Assembly: GCA_965644295.1 (NCBI GenBank)
Contig: CBFFRP010000049.1
Location: 1-64,000 of the forward strand
Length of the DNA stretch: 64,000 nucleotides
DNA from: Paraphysomonas bandaiensis
Taxonomy: Eukaryota; Protista; Chrysophyceae
Reading direction: 5' to 3'
Shown: positions 1 through 12,900 of the stretch, in pieces
How positions within the stretch are numbered: position 1 is the first letter of the stretch
Layout of the letters: each line of letters starts with the position of its first letter
Program-made: the position numbers and the translations under genes
Notes under the pieces: generated by a model
Seen by the model: the letters and a program-made list of their open reading frames with translations, nothing else
Database searches by the model: none
What the model was told of the DNA's origin: nothing

Positions 1-648
1 CAGTTATAGGTACATGTAGGGACTATCACTACTACGAGCTGCTGTGTTATGTATTACTGCTGAACGCTGATTGGCTGTTAGTCTTCTGCCATTTTGGTCT
101 GTGGCTGTTGGGTTGGTTTAAGGCTCTTCCTATAGGCCTCTACGTGAATCTTCCAGAAGGTGGATATCTCCACATAATTAGCCAAATCTTGTGGAATCTT
201 TTGCAGAATATTGTTCTGTGTTCTCTGCTGTGTTTCTAGATGAGTTCATAGAATATAAATGGTTCTGTATGAGTTGTTTGTGTTCTATGTGCAGTTATTA
301 TTGAGTTACTAGCCTTGCTTTTTAACACGTTTGAGGAGGCGTCTTCAGATAAGTGCTTGAGGGTGCTCAGGCAGTTGCAAAGCATAGTAGTAAGCGTATT
401 CATCTTCACATTTGCTGCTTTTGTTGTCATATTTACACATTCGTTTCATATACTTAGCTGCACTCGGTGTGACACCCCGGTTTAGGTATACCAGCTCACC
501 CTGTAGAATTCTAAAATGGCCTGGAAACTGTTTATTCAGTTCCACCAATTTGTACTGGGTTTCCCCACAGGGAAATCTAATAACCTATTTATTTAGCCCA
601 ATTCACTTACTAACATCTCCTTCTCAGGATCATCAAGTGGAAGCATGA
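1..648 (-). pseudogene. Possible degenerate ORF1/gag of a Ty3/gypsy element (runs off window start)
   Basis: Broken minus-strand coding-like sequence (MLPLDDPEKEML..., ORFs 345-548 and 236-430) lying downstream, on the minus strand, of the putative LTR at 908-1225; no diagnostic motif recognised. Confidence 0.3.
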
Positions 649-907
649 AACACAGCGAGGCGGAGGGATGGGGGAGCGCTCTGTGCCGCTTAGAGCATTC
701 TTCCTGAGCCAGAGAAGGGGCTCTCCGTATCGTAATAAAACGTTCGTTTTTTTATTACTCTTCCCTTCCACTCTATCTTTAAATATAATAATTACTTAGC
801 TTATATAATAATATTAATAATACTATACTTTAAATAATAATATTATTAAGTTATCCATTTTATACACCCAAAAAGTAACAAGATGACAACTTGGATAAAA
901 CGGATAA

Positions 908-1225
908 TGTGGGCTTGCATACATATGTGTATGTGTGCAAAGCAATACCCAAGTACAGAAGTACAAAATAAAGATTATTATCGTATAATGAATCATGAAT
1001 AATACTGTCTACAATATCAACGGCTAATAATACTGTCTACAATATCAACGGCTAATAATACCGTCATACAATATCAACGGCTATTGCTAATCCCAACAAT
1101 CACATTCCCTACAGTTTGTGTTCCTAACTGCATGGTACACGTATGCAATGCAGTACTGTACTACTAATCATATAATACAGGACATGTACACGTATATATT
1201 CTATATGTAAGTGGATAGTCCTACA
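908..1225 (-). repeat. Putative LTR of a Ty3/gypsy element
   Basis: Minus strand reads PPT ATAAGGGGAGG, then TCAG, then TGTAGG...CCCACA (TG..CA termini, 5/6-bp inverted ends), directly after the pol stop. Confidence 0.55.
998..1082. repeat. Three tandem copies of a ~28-bp unit inside the LTR
   Basis: aataatactgtctacaatatcaacggct x3; third copy variant. Confidence 0.9.
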
Positions 1226-1294
1226 CTGACCTCCCCTTATAATTGATGTGTTAATGTGTTATAATTGACACTCCAATTCTGTAAGCTTTAGTTA

Positions 1295-2940
1295 TTAATC
1301 TTCTTCATCAGAAGAATGAACCTCATTTCGAGGTGGCCAGAATTTCTTACATTTTCATCGGGATGTTGAGTTAGGAAATTTTGTAAGAGCATACGTTTTT
1401 TCTAACGTTAGCCCATGGTTCCCGTAGGTTTTTTGTGGTTTTTCATACCCTATCCAATGTACTAGAAATTTTTATTTGACTTTTCCCGGACCTTTAGCTC
1501 TGACCTTTTATTTTTGAAATATGGTCTATAGCCTAAAAGTTTCCACCATCTTTACATGCCACTTGTAAGGGGTCAATAGTAGAGGGATCGTAAATTAAAT
1601 TCCACTTAATTTCTTTATATGATAGTCTTTATTACGTTTAGTAACGATATCTTGAAGAGTATATTTGTCTCCAATAACATTGACTACTCGCATTGGACGC
1701 TTTAAGATATGGTAATAACTTGCTTGCCGGTCCAGGACGTAAAGCATTTTGTCTATGCTCAACTAACACATGGGGAGTTATTGGGAAATTCTTTTTGTTT
1801 GTATATTTGGTGCTGATTGCCATGTGGATTTCATCGTGTTTTGCGAAGATTTCGTCTTGCAACATCCAACAATAGTTGGACTGAACCTTTTGTATTCTAT
1901 CTATCCAATGTGATAGCTTTTGTTCCGTTCCGTCCAAGTTCTCATTTGTGTTCAATGAATAAACTCTTATCTAAATCTACTGCATTCCCAAATAGAATAC
2001 TAGCGGGAGTAACGCCGGTGCTTCTATGTTTAGAGAGAATTCATAATTCTTTGTACTAAAGAAAGGTAGATACATTGACCAATTATTTAGTACATTTTTA
2101 TCAAATATAATATTTCTTAAGTTGCCTTAAAATTTCTTTATTAGCACGTTCCACTATAGCATTTTCTTCTTTAGAATACGCCATCGAAAATGAGTTGATT
2201 ACTTCCAACCATTTCTATCAATGATTTTGTTAAATCATCCACAAATGCTGGTCCAAGATCCGAATGAATCTCAATAGGTGCTCCATATCTACCCAGGTGT
2301 TGAAGCAATCCCCTTTGCCGCCCGCCATGGCAGTGAGATTCTTGAAGTAGGGATTAATTTACTACCCACCTAGAAAAAGAATCGATAATCACTAATATAT
2401 TAGTGTATCCATCCTCATCTGGATGCAGACTCTGGATAGAAATCCACTGCTATTCTTTGCATCGGGCCATATGTTGAGACAGTAAAGGGATGAGCATTAA
2501 TTATTGGTTTAATTCTACTCATCTTTTGACAACAAAAGGACAAGTTTTAATAAATTTTGTCACATGTGCCCCTTGCTTTGACCATTTATGACCATTGTCT
2601 CGTAATTTTTGTATTGTACGATCAATACCATGATGACCTGTAACATTGTTATGAAATCTTTTAATGATTTCCCATTCCTTGTTTGGAACTTTAATATCGG
2701 GAATTAGGGAAGCACATTTTGTTTCCATTTTAGATTCTAATGCACATAGTCTACTAAATGCATCAGCAACAACATTATCAGATCCTTTAATACTCACATA
2801 GATCATAATCATATGCTTGGAAACATTTCAACCATCGCTGAACTTTCTTGTATCCTTGGCGTAATCAGTTCTCAACTGCAGGTAATATTTTTATGATCTG
2901 TTTTGATCGTCAAAGTATCTATACCTTAATAGGTAGGATA
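1295..2940 (-). pseudogene. Degenerate Ty3/gypsy (chromovirus-like) pol 3' part: RNase H end, integrase, chromodomain
   Basis: Across frameshifts: KTDHKNI, IKGSDNVVADAFSRL, HHCC finger HNNVTGHHG...FIKTCPF, HSDLGPAF, AYSKEENAIVERANKEILR, chromodomain FLVHWIGYE...WEPWANVRKN; RH-before-IN order is gypsy-type. Confidence 0.9.
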
Positions 2941-3719
2941 TTATAGTATGCACTAGTTATGTTATGGTAAATGCCTATCTAGCTTCTCTTATATGGCTAT
3001 CATAATATTGATTGAAATATATTGTGAGCCACTTTAACAGAGACAATATTGATGAAAATTTTGGCCGGTCGACCAATCAATATATTTTACAATGTATTGC
3101 AATTTATTGTACAGTGTATTGAAATTTAATATATTGTTTTCTAGCCCTGGTATGTATGTAGCTACTGAGCTGGTTAAGGCTCTCAAATGCATATTGCTAG
3201 TAAACTGACATTCCACACAACACATAGTAGTTACACACTACATGTTGGAAATTGCTCATTCTTAACTAGATCTCAGAGAGAATTTGTCGTTAGTCTAGAT
3301 AGATCAATTAATATCAATTACACTAAATGTGACAAACAACACAAACTCATTTTGTTCTACACATAATCTCCTACAAATGTGAACCTCTCGTTACTAAACA
3401 TATCTTCAAATATCAAACTATTTCAGTTTGTCAATATTATCACGGCATTTGTACATCACCATACTTCACTGTATTCTCGTACGGTGTCTTCAAGTGCCAC
3501 ACTGAATATACTAGAATATAATCCATATTCTAATACTCCCACTCAATGTAGAATGCAGCGATATGAAACAACAGTGAGCACAGTAATCTTTATGCTATGA
3601 TTATCTATTTTCATCAGTAAAATAGTGTGAAATCTTTTAAAGATACATCATGTATAACTAGCAGTCAACTAGATATACAGTTCTGTCGGATTTTCACTTA
3701 CTAAAACACACCTTTGACA

Positions 3720-4250
3720 TCTTCGGGGTTGTTTCTTCTGCTCCTTCATTCTCTTAACCCCGGTAATCGTTTTCTCATGACGGCTAAAAATATTCGTAGA
3801 TAATGCCTTTGTGAAAATATCGGCCGCCGTAGGAAATTTTTCATTAACATGCTCTCTCACCCAGTGATACTTGCTGGCAATATGCTTCGACCTCTTATGA
3901 TACACTGGATTCTCTGAGAGATCCTTTGCACTCATGCTGTTCATAAAGAATGGAGTCGGCTTCGCTACTAAGAGTCCGAGCTCCTTACCAATTTTACTCC
4001 TCTTGGAGTTCTAACAATCTTTAGAACACGTCTCTTCAGCAATGAGGTGTTCTCTACCTTCCGAGCTGGTCTCCACTTTTCGAACTGTGGAGATCTCTCC
4101 ACCTCTACAAACAAGTTCGATACCCTAATATCCTCTGGACTCAAGTCTGGACGTGTTAATTTTGCAATGCATGCATCGGGTACATCTACCATATTAATTT
4201 CACCCAATCAGATGCATTTGCTAACCTTTGCTGCAACCGCTTCCTCCGTA
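3720..4250 (-). pseudogene. Internally deleted Ty1/copia pol fragment (RT N-terminus joined to RNase H C-terminus)
   Basis: KVENTSLLKRRVLKIVRTPRGVKLVRS followed directly by PTPFFMNSMSAKDLSENPVYHKRSKHIASKYHWVREHV...ADIFTKAL; the RT core is missing. Confidence 0.85.
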
Positions 4251-5323
4251 TACGACCATCACCGTCAAGTTCAATCGATCGACGAGGTATATAAGAATTC
4301 GATCCTTGCTCATCCTGAGCACACACTTCTTGCGTTATGGGAGGAGCCCCGCTCGAGGTTTACTAAGTTAAGTGCAGCTATGGCAGTACTAAGAATGATG
4401 TTGGAAGAAAATAATCCACCAATGGCTGGTTACCCCAATGAGGAGTATGTCAGGGATACTTGACTAATGGTTGGATTAAATGATGTATCATGAATGAAAA
4501 GACAAAGTATGTATTCAATTAAAATAATGAAGTAAAATTAACGGCAATTACTACTTAGAACCTACTAATATACATACCACGACAAATCTGAACCAAATCG
4601 TAAACTAGCTCCCAATCACCTGCTAAGAAGCATTGTACACTTCAGATGTCTTCACCGCCAATCTGAGTTCAGTTAGCTTCCTAGGTAATGATAACTTTTG
4701 CTCGTCCAAGCCATGGCTTAATTAAGAGTAATGCAATAATACAGTCACCATAATGAACGTGGTATGCGCGATCGTCGCGCTGGTGTGTTAATAGTAATAC
4801 AATATACATGTATACGATGCAGACACATACGAAACAGACTTCGACCACTGGCGTGGAAAATATCCCCCCTACAGTGAGCGTCCAAGTGTGCAATCGCCGA
4901 GGAGGGTCAGTCGCTATCTTGGATTATCGGGAGAACTTCACAGGATGCACACTGAGCATACATTCTGCAATATAACGGCTCAAGCAGTATTTCATCCTCC
5001 TGTAAGGGCCCTCTTCCACTTCACTGTCTCTTCTGATGGTAGTAACCCCACACATGAACCAGTTGTCTCAAGCGGTTAAAAGTCATCGTACTGGTCTTGC
5101 ACAGCATGAAGCTTGCGGTACAGTGAAGTCAAGTCCATTAACGACTCCATTAATCGTCCTTTGTTTTAATCTGCAGGTTGGGTCATAATTTCACCCCACA
5201 ATAAGCGTCTGTGTGTCTATGTATGGTCATCATATAGCGGTGTTTTGTCCATGGGAATATACTGTACATGATTGTAGAGCTACGGAGCGTCCTTCGAGTT
5301 TGCTTCTTGTACGACTGAATGCG

Positions 5324-5448
5324 TATCGGCAGTCACCATCTTGTTTTTTCGTAAATAATTTGAAGCAGAAATGCTCTATATTACTGAAGTACAACTACGG
5401 CTGAAATACGTATAATTGTTGTCTCAATATTAGAGTATTTTCTTGAAC
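5324..5448. repeat. Dispersed ~140-bp repeat 'C', copy 1
   Basis: Core caactacgg..a(c/t)ataattgttgtctcaatatta shared with 16496-16631 and, as reverse complement, with 41664-41807 and 48745-48905. Confidence 0.8.
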
Positions 5449-5878
5449 TCGGGGGATGTTGTTGGGTGATGTTTGCGTACACTGTACCGTATACACTGCT
5501 GTACAGCAGTATGGGTTTATACAGCACTACACTGGCGATCTATCACATAATACTCGACTTTTTCCTGAAGAACACATCACATATAGTGAAAACCAGGGAT
5601 TTTGTGCTTTCGGAGATATGCAGGTTTCTACATACTGCAGAGTGTGTTTGACATGCTGTGCGTGTATGCCATATGGTGTGGTGCTGTACATATCCACCTC
5701 CAGTACAGAGGTGTGGGGTACACAGCAGTAGTACGTACATATCCATACACTCACTACATGCACACATACACAACATGCATACACACCCACTTGTAGGTAA
5801 CATATACATATCAATCACATTATTTAATACCTCATAACAAACCATATATCCACATAAGGTGTGATATCAATACCTCTC

Positions 5879-8706
5879 ATGGATAAAGGTCTATTAAATG
5901 ATGCAACATCAACAGATGATAGCCCTACACCTGGATATATGTTAGCAGAGATATCCCGTAGGGATTACTGTATTCTTATCTAATTGACTTTAATTTCGTA
6001 TCTTTAGGGGCTACTCTGGTTAGCTATCCAGGATGCGTACAATTAATTGACTTCTTAAATGCACGATTAAAAAAAAATAATCATAACGTGAAGTATAAGT
6101 GTTTGATTATAATAAAAGTACGTATATATGCATATGTATGAGTGTGTATGTATGTGAGTGACTTCATATGTATGTATGTATGTATGTGAGTGACTTCATA
6201 TGTATGTGTGTATGTATGTGAGTGACTTCATATGTATGTGTGTATGTATGTGCGTGACTTCATATGTATGTGTGTATGTATGTGAGTGACTTCATATGTA
6301 TGTATGTGCGTGACTTCATATGTATGTATGTGTATGTATGTGCGTGACTTCATATGTATGTGTGTATGTATGTGTGAGTAACTTCGTATGTATATGTACG
6401 TGTATGTATATATATGTGTGTATATCCTCATATGCATGTATGTATGTATGTATGTATTAGACATGTATTTAATTGTTCTATAGCATGTATGCCGTACTGG
6501 ACGAGCTGATTTCAAGAAAGACATGGCAAGAAGCATGGATGCAGTAAGAGAATGCTTACGTACGTATATATCAGCTCTGTGTAGCCCGTATAACCCTCTA
6601 TATAGAATACAAGGGCCCACCAGACCCTCTACGTGGAGATGAGATCTATAAACGTGTTCGTGATGCTGCAAAAGAGGCTATTGATGCCATATTTGATAGT
6701 CAAATGCCTGTATCATCATCAGCTGTCTCTAACCGCATACAAGGTATGCTTCATATGATGTATCATGTGGTATTGCTCCCTTTATTGATATCCATGTGGT
6801 ACATAGGAATGGGAGGAGGATCAGAGGATGCACAAGTATCTGGGCGCAACACTTCCTCGCAACAATCTTCTGTTCTCTCGGGATTTTCATTCTCCTCCTT
6901 CGGGGGAGGTTCTGACGGTGGAACCTACACTGGTCACCCGGGGGCGGGAGATAAAGACACCCTTTCTAAGGCCAAGACAGGAGGAGGCTATGACTCTAGC
7001 AATAGGCAGTCTGTAACTTCTGGGGGAGGACAGCCGTATTCCAGCAGCAGTGGTATGGCCGGAATTGGTAACCCAAACTTCAAGGATGCCCGAAATGAAG
7101 TGTCATTCATGCAGCGCATGGCTGCCATGGCTGAGGGTGCCTCTGAGAAACTCTCCTTCTCAAGTTCCGACAAAGACAAGGACCGACCATCTCTACCTCC
7201 CAGTGGATCAGGAAGTGCTCCGGCGTGGGGTGATTATCAAATGCGGTCCAACCGAGGTGGTCCTGACTACCCAGGATCACAGCCGTCCTATTCGGGCTCC
7301 CAAAATAATTCTCTGCAGAACGGGGCTAACGGGGAAGGGATTGGTGGAGGGGGAATGGTACCGGACATTCCTTCCTTAGGCGGGGGCATGGGGCGTGCTG
7401 GTCGCGCTGCCTCTGATGGAGCTTATGAGCAATCGCTTGTTTCCTCTCTATGTGAACCAGGGGGTATGAAGGCAGTTCCACCTCAAGATAAACTATCAAC
7501 TTTTCTCTCTGCTGCTCCTACGCTATCTCCCGAGCTAGTGGGTGCGAGTCTGTTGGACTGTCTAAATAGTGACTCGTGGCAATCTCGCGCTAAGGCTTTG
7601 GCAGTAGTGGGAAGTCTCTGTGTGTCTCGGGGGTGTGGAGGGCATTCCGCTTGGTGGAAAGAAAATGGTACAGACGACCTTCAGGCAGTGGCTGCGGGGG
7701 ATTCGAAGGCTAGTGTCCGCTCCCAGGCTACGAAGACTCTCAGAGCAATGGGTATTGCTGCTGATGTGGCACCAGCGCCAGTAAAACGAACTGCAGTGCA
7801 GACATCAGCGCCCGCCAACGCTCCCTCTTTGATTGACTTTGATGATGCTGACAGCACATCTGTCCCGATGCCAACTGACACTTCTAAACAGCGGAACGAA
7901 TCCTTACTTGACCTTTTTGATTCTTCTGCTTCTCCCTCCACAACTTCCAATCAACAACAGACCCAGCAAGAAAGTGGTGGTCTATTTGATGGAATGGCTG
8001 TTGGGGTAGCTGCAGTAGCAAGAGACCCTGCTCTGCAGGCCTCTGTTTTCCAATTTTTGGATTCAATGGACCCTTACACACCATCTGATTCTGCCCCACC
8101 GCCACCCCCAGAACCCTCGCAAACCTCTTCAGGGTTCGATTTTATGAGTTCTTCTTCCTCTCAGCCCTCCAACGTATTTAACTCTGAAGATCCTCTTGGA
8201 GGCAAGGCACTCAACAGTTCCAGAGAACTTTCAGAATTTGAATCACTATCCGTGAGCTCTGGATCACAGCCTCAGCGGAACCCACCAGTAGACATGAGTG
8301 GCCTCAATCTGACCACTACCCATCCTCAACAGCAGTATCAGCAGCAGTACCAACAGCAGTATCAACATCAGTATCAACAGCAGTATCGCCAGCAACAATA
8401 CCAACCGCAGGTAGTACTACTCTGTATATATAAGCCTCTACTCATGTACTTGCGAATGCAGCAACAGTACGTACCGGTCCAGCAGTCTGCTGTGGGCACC
8501 CTGAGTCCGCAGATGGGTCACCGCAAGGAAATTCCTGACTCTGGTAGTTATTTTCATTTGTCATTGCGTTGCTGTGACTAACTTTTGTGTGATTAGCTGG
8601 TAGTGGCTTCTCTTTCCTTGGCGATGGAGAAAAGAAACAGTCTTCGGATGATGCCTTTAGTTTTGTGTCAGATGCTATGAAGAAATCGAGTGGGAGAGGA
8701 AAGTAA
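5879..8706 (+). CDS. TEPSIN: AP-4 complex accessory subunit tepsin (ENTH + VHS/ENTH-like domains), multi-exon
   Basis: Spliced N-terminus MDKGLLNDATSTDDSPTPGYMLAEISR...VKYKCLIIIKHVC...YKGPPDPLRGDEIYKRVRDAAKEAI (tepsin/MTV1 ENTH); second domain YEQSLVSSLCEPGG...WQSRAKAL; GLFDGMAV matches the LFxG[ML]x[LV] beta4-ear motif; C-terminal GFSFL and AFSFV resemble the epsilon-ear motif; ~6 GT-AG introns. Confidence 0.88.
6135..6400. repeat. Intronic minisatellite (~24-36-bp units) in tepsin intron 2
   Basis: (tatg/tgtg)n-gtgacttca repeated about 8 times. Confidence 0.9.
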
Positions 8707-9972
8707 GCTATGCAAGGCGGGAGTAAGGCGGGTTGCGCTGTAACTATTACTAGTAAAGATAGAATGAATTTTATTCATGATTGTGTCAATCTACAACATA
8801 TGTGATGCGGTTGTCAGTTGGTAGAGAATAGAATTTTTCTTGTCGCCATCCTGTCTTGTCATGTGATCATGTATATGTGGCTTGAAGATCCGTTAATCTT
8901 GAACGCCGCAGTAATTGACAGTATTCGTTATATTTACGTTATTCTTTCTCACCTCTTCTGTGATGCTTTCCAATGTGTTAGCATTGCTGTTAATCGACGG
9001 GGTTGAAACTTTTCTCATAGAATGGGTCCAGTGTTTACCCCTAAGAAATGATGTCAATCCTGCAAAAAACTACTTATAACATTTTGTATCACATCTGTAG
9101 TACAGAGACTACTAACTTCTCGTCCTTTAATTACGTTTTCAGATATATTATAACTGAAGACTATAAACAATTATGTCGCAATCATAAACGTTGGATATAA
9201 TTCTACAAACTATCTTGAGCGTCACTGGTGCAGACATTGATAGTTGTACTCTCCACTTCTATTAATACAGGTGATATCTGATCTGATCATGACTACTATC
9301 TCTCATATCATACAACTACTCTTCTACTTCCTCCTTATTAGTTTCATGAATCACCCATCTGTGCCACATTAATATCAGCATTCTGAATGACTTTAGAAGC
9401 ATATTTAGGTTGAGATATTCTGTATTTTGTATGATACGATATACGATATTTATTGTACAATTGAAGTGAGTTAGCAGTGTGCAATATGTGAATCCAACTT
9501 GTACTTGTGACGAGTTAATATAATACAAAGGAAGTGTAATTAATATACGGTATAGAAGTGACTAGTGAACATATGATACCCAGGTCTTCAGCATATGTTG
9601 TGAATGCTGAGGATAATCTGAATGTTAATTTAGTGTACATTGTGTGCAACGTTAAGAGTAAAGTTAACTTCTAACAGTACTCAGTAATGATACTTAATGG
9701 TACAATGTACAATGAAATATATTATCCTTTAATATATTTACTACATTCGAAAATGCATATATAATAGTAATAAGAGTACATTTATATTTATATTTCATTG
9801 CTGCTTTGCATGTGAATATCGCATCGCATCGAGCATCGACACAGTTAGCAGTGTGTCTGTAGGATGGAGTACAGCACACGACACCACACTGAAGCAACAG
9901 TTATTACAACACGCAAATTATTATAGTGATATATATGCATAACATTAACCACAAATATATAGATATAGATAG

Positions 9973-12900
9973 TATTAGGATTCAGCTTAATACATGATTG
10001 TATCTGTGAGTTATAATGTTCAATGAAATACACCATGAACTGAATTAGAGAGAGTATCTGTCGAAGATACGTGATCGTCATCATAACGTCGTCATTATCA
10101 GTTACACTTCTAACTATTCCGTTGTGCATGATAGTACGTTCTATATTGTTATTCATAATTTTTCACTCTATCGTGTTCATTACTTACACTCTAATAATCA
10201 CAACATTGTTTTACTATTATAAAGATCAATTCTTTATTTGGTAGCGAGATGTCAGTTAAAGTTACAAGTTACGACTCAACCGACTCGGATTCGACAACCG
10301 ACAAGCGAAAGGACTCAATGCCAAAATTCGATGCGAAGAACTTCTCCAGGTGGCAGAAGAAGTGCCGTGCATGGTTCTATCGCAAGCCTAAGATCGTTTA
10401 TACTCTACAGAACGATCACCCAATTGAGCCTGAAGCAGGAGAAAACTCAGATGACGAGGACTACCAGTATCGACTCGAACAGTATCAGGATGCAAAACGA
10501 TATTATGATGAAGGTAATAACTACCTATGGTCAGTCATTGCAAGCTCTATCATTGGTCAGAATGAAGAGGCTGAAGGGATTTTGGAGAACGTCCCCGATG
10601 GAGACGGTAAAACCGCCTGGACGGACTTGCTCAACCACTTCAAAGAAAAAACGACTAACGACGTCATCACTGATCTGATTGGCCAGTTTCAGAGCATAAA
10701 AATCAAAAAAGGTCAGTCGATAATCAACTTTCTTGACGCTGTCGAAAAGCTCCGAAACAAGCTGATTAATTATGGTCATCGGATAAGTGACCAAGATCTC
10801 ATATCACGCATTCGACAAGGCCTGGTATCCAAAGAAAATATGACGTATCGTGAACTGGCGATCAACCTGCAGATGCACCCTATCGATGACTACAAAACAC
10901 TCATACGCAGACTACGCGGATTAGGAAGCTCGTCTGTCGGAATGCTCTTGTCAAGCAACGAAGAAACAAAAACCGACAGTATTCAGCTTGCAGCCTCAAA
11001 ACCCCCATTTTTCAAAAGTAAAGTGAATTCCAAGCGCAAAAAGGGGACATCTTTCAGAAACCGTTCCAATAAACCGAAACATGACAAGAGAGCTGACAAG
11101 GACATTAAGTGTTTCCGATGCGATGGAAAAGGACACATCGCTTCAGAATGCAAACACTCATGGGAAAGAATCCAACAGATGAAGAATTCCTCTGGAAACA
11201 AATCAACCAGTAGGAAATTCAAAAAAGTTAGATTCCAGACCCACCAGAGCACTGAAAACGACGACTCCGACCAGTTTGCAGATTATGAAGACAGTGGTCC
11301 ATTACAACAGAAAGGACGAGACTTCGGAGGAGTCGGATATCCAACAAACGACGAAACGAACTTCGTTTTTGATCAAGAAGCCGGAATGGGGACCCTTGAT
11401 TCTGGCTGCACAGTCTCCATCACACCTGAAGCCGGATACATCACCAATTATGAGGAATGCCTCACCGACATTCAAACAGCTAAGTCAGGATCAACTATGA
11501 CCTCTTCAGGACATGGAAGACTTGGTATTATCCCCAAGTGCAAGCACGTGGACCATGCTTCAAGAACACTCGTGTCCATCAGCCAATTAGATGACCTAGG
11601 GTATAAAATCTTGTTCGGAAACCAATCAGTTGAGATATATAAAGATGAAATACTGCTATCAAAGGGTAAGAGAGTTGGAGGCCTATATGAAATTCCGTTA
11701 ACAGACCTCGGTACTCCTATTGACGAATCCCACCTTGCTTCAACTGCTTCAGGCCCACTCGCAACCCTAGCACATAAGAGATTGGCACATTCTTCAATTG
11801 GACTCATACAGAAAGCTGTACAGTCAAAATTAGTAACGGGTATTAAGTTAACGAAGTCGGAGATGAATGCTACTTCTTTACCGGGTGGCCTATGTGATGG
11901 TTGTGCTAGTGGTAAATCTCATCGCCGAAAACATAGACACGCTATCAGACAAATGCTGCTCAAGCGTGTAAGAAGAGCGAATGAGCTGGGGGAGCTAGTA
12001 GTAGCCGATTTTTCTGGACCCCATGCACCGGAGGCAATCATTACTGGCAACCGTTACATACTCGGGATGACAGATGTAGCTTCCAGACACCAATGGGACT
12101 CCTACGGACCAACGAGAGATGAAGATTTCGTCATCCAATCCATCCAGAAAGTTGTCATGTATCTACATAGTAAAGGCAAACGCCTACAACATTATCATGC
12201 GGATGGCGGGAAGGAACTGGTATCAAGAAAAGTTCTAGAGTATCTTCAATCAATAGGGGCTACATGGACTTTCAACTCTCCGTATACCCCCGAGGATAAC
12301 CCATTCCAAGAGCGATCATGGCGGACAACAAAAGAACGAGCACTCAGCAGCCTTATCGACTCTGGACTCCCACCGAATTTCTGGGAACAAGCCTCAAGGG
12401 CGACAATACACATCAAGAACAGGTTACCGTGTCAAACAGCTAAAGGATTTATGTCTCCACTTCAGTTTATCGAAAACGAAATACCAGACTTGAGTTATGC
12501 CAGAATATGGGGATGTAAATGCTTTGTGAATATCGATTCCAGTCTCCGAAAGAACAATTGGGACAGACATAGCTGGCCTGGGTATTTTATGGGCTATCGA
12601 GAGGATGGTCCTGGATATATAGTCTTTGTTCCCGCATTAAGAGATTTTGTTATATCAGGACATGTATTTTTCAACGAATGTGTCCCACCAGCGGATAAGA
12701 GATATTTTAAAGAGATAAATGAGATCTTCAGAGAGAATGAGACCTCCAGGACAGTAGAAAGTTTCAAATATCTCATAGGTCTAGCTCATGTAGATCCAGA
12801 CGATGGATTAACATATGTAACGACTCAAATAAAGCTCAGAAAAGGATTAATCGCAGCGTATCGTGGTCTAGTCGACGACAGTGGTGACAAGACACGACTC

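Noticed and set aside
4047-4463. 138-aa plus ORF
   Set aside because: The first half is antisense to the copia remnant; the rest has no recognisable motif, probably TE debris
6135-6671. Repeat array and the 147-aa minus ORF 6228-6671
   Set aside because: Intronic (TATG)n minisatellite, antisense to tepsin exons
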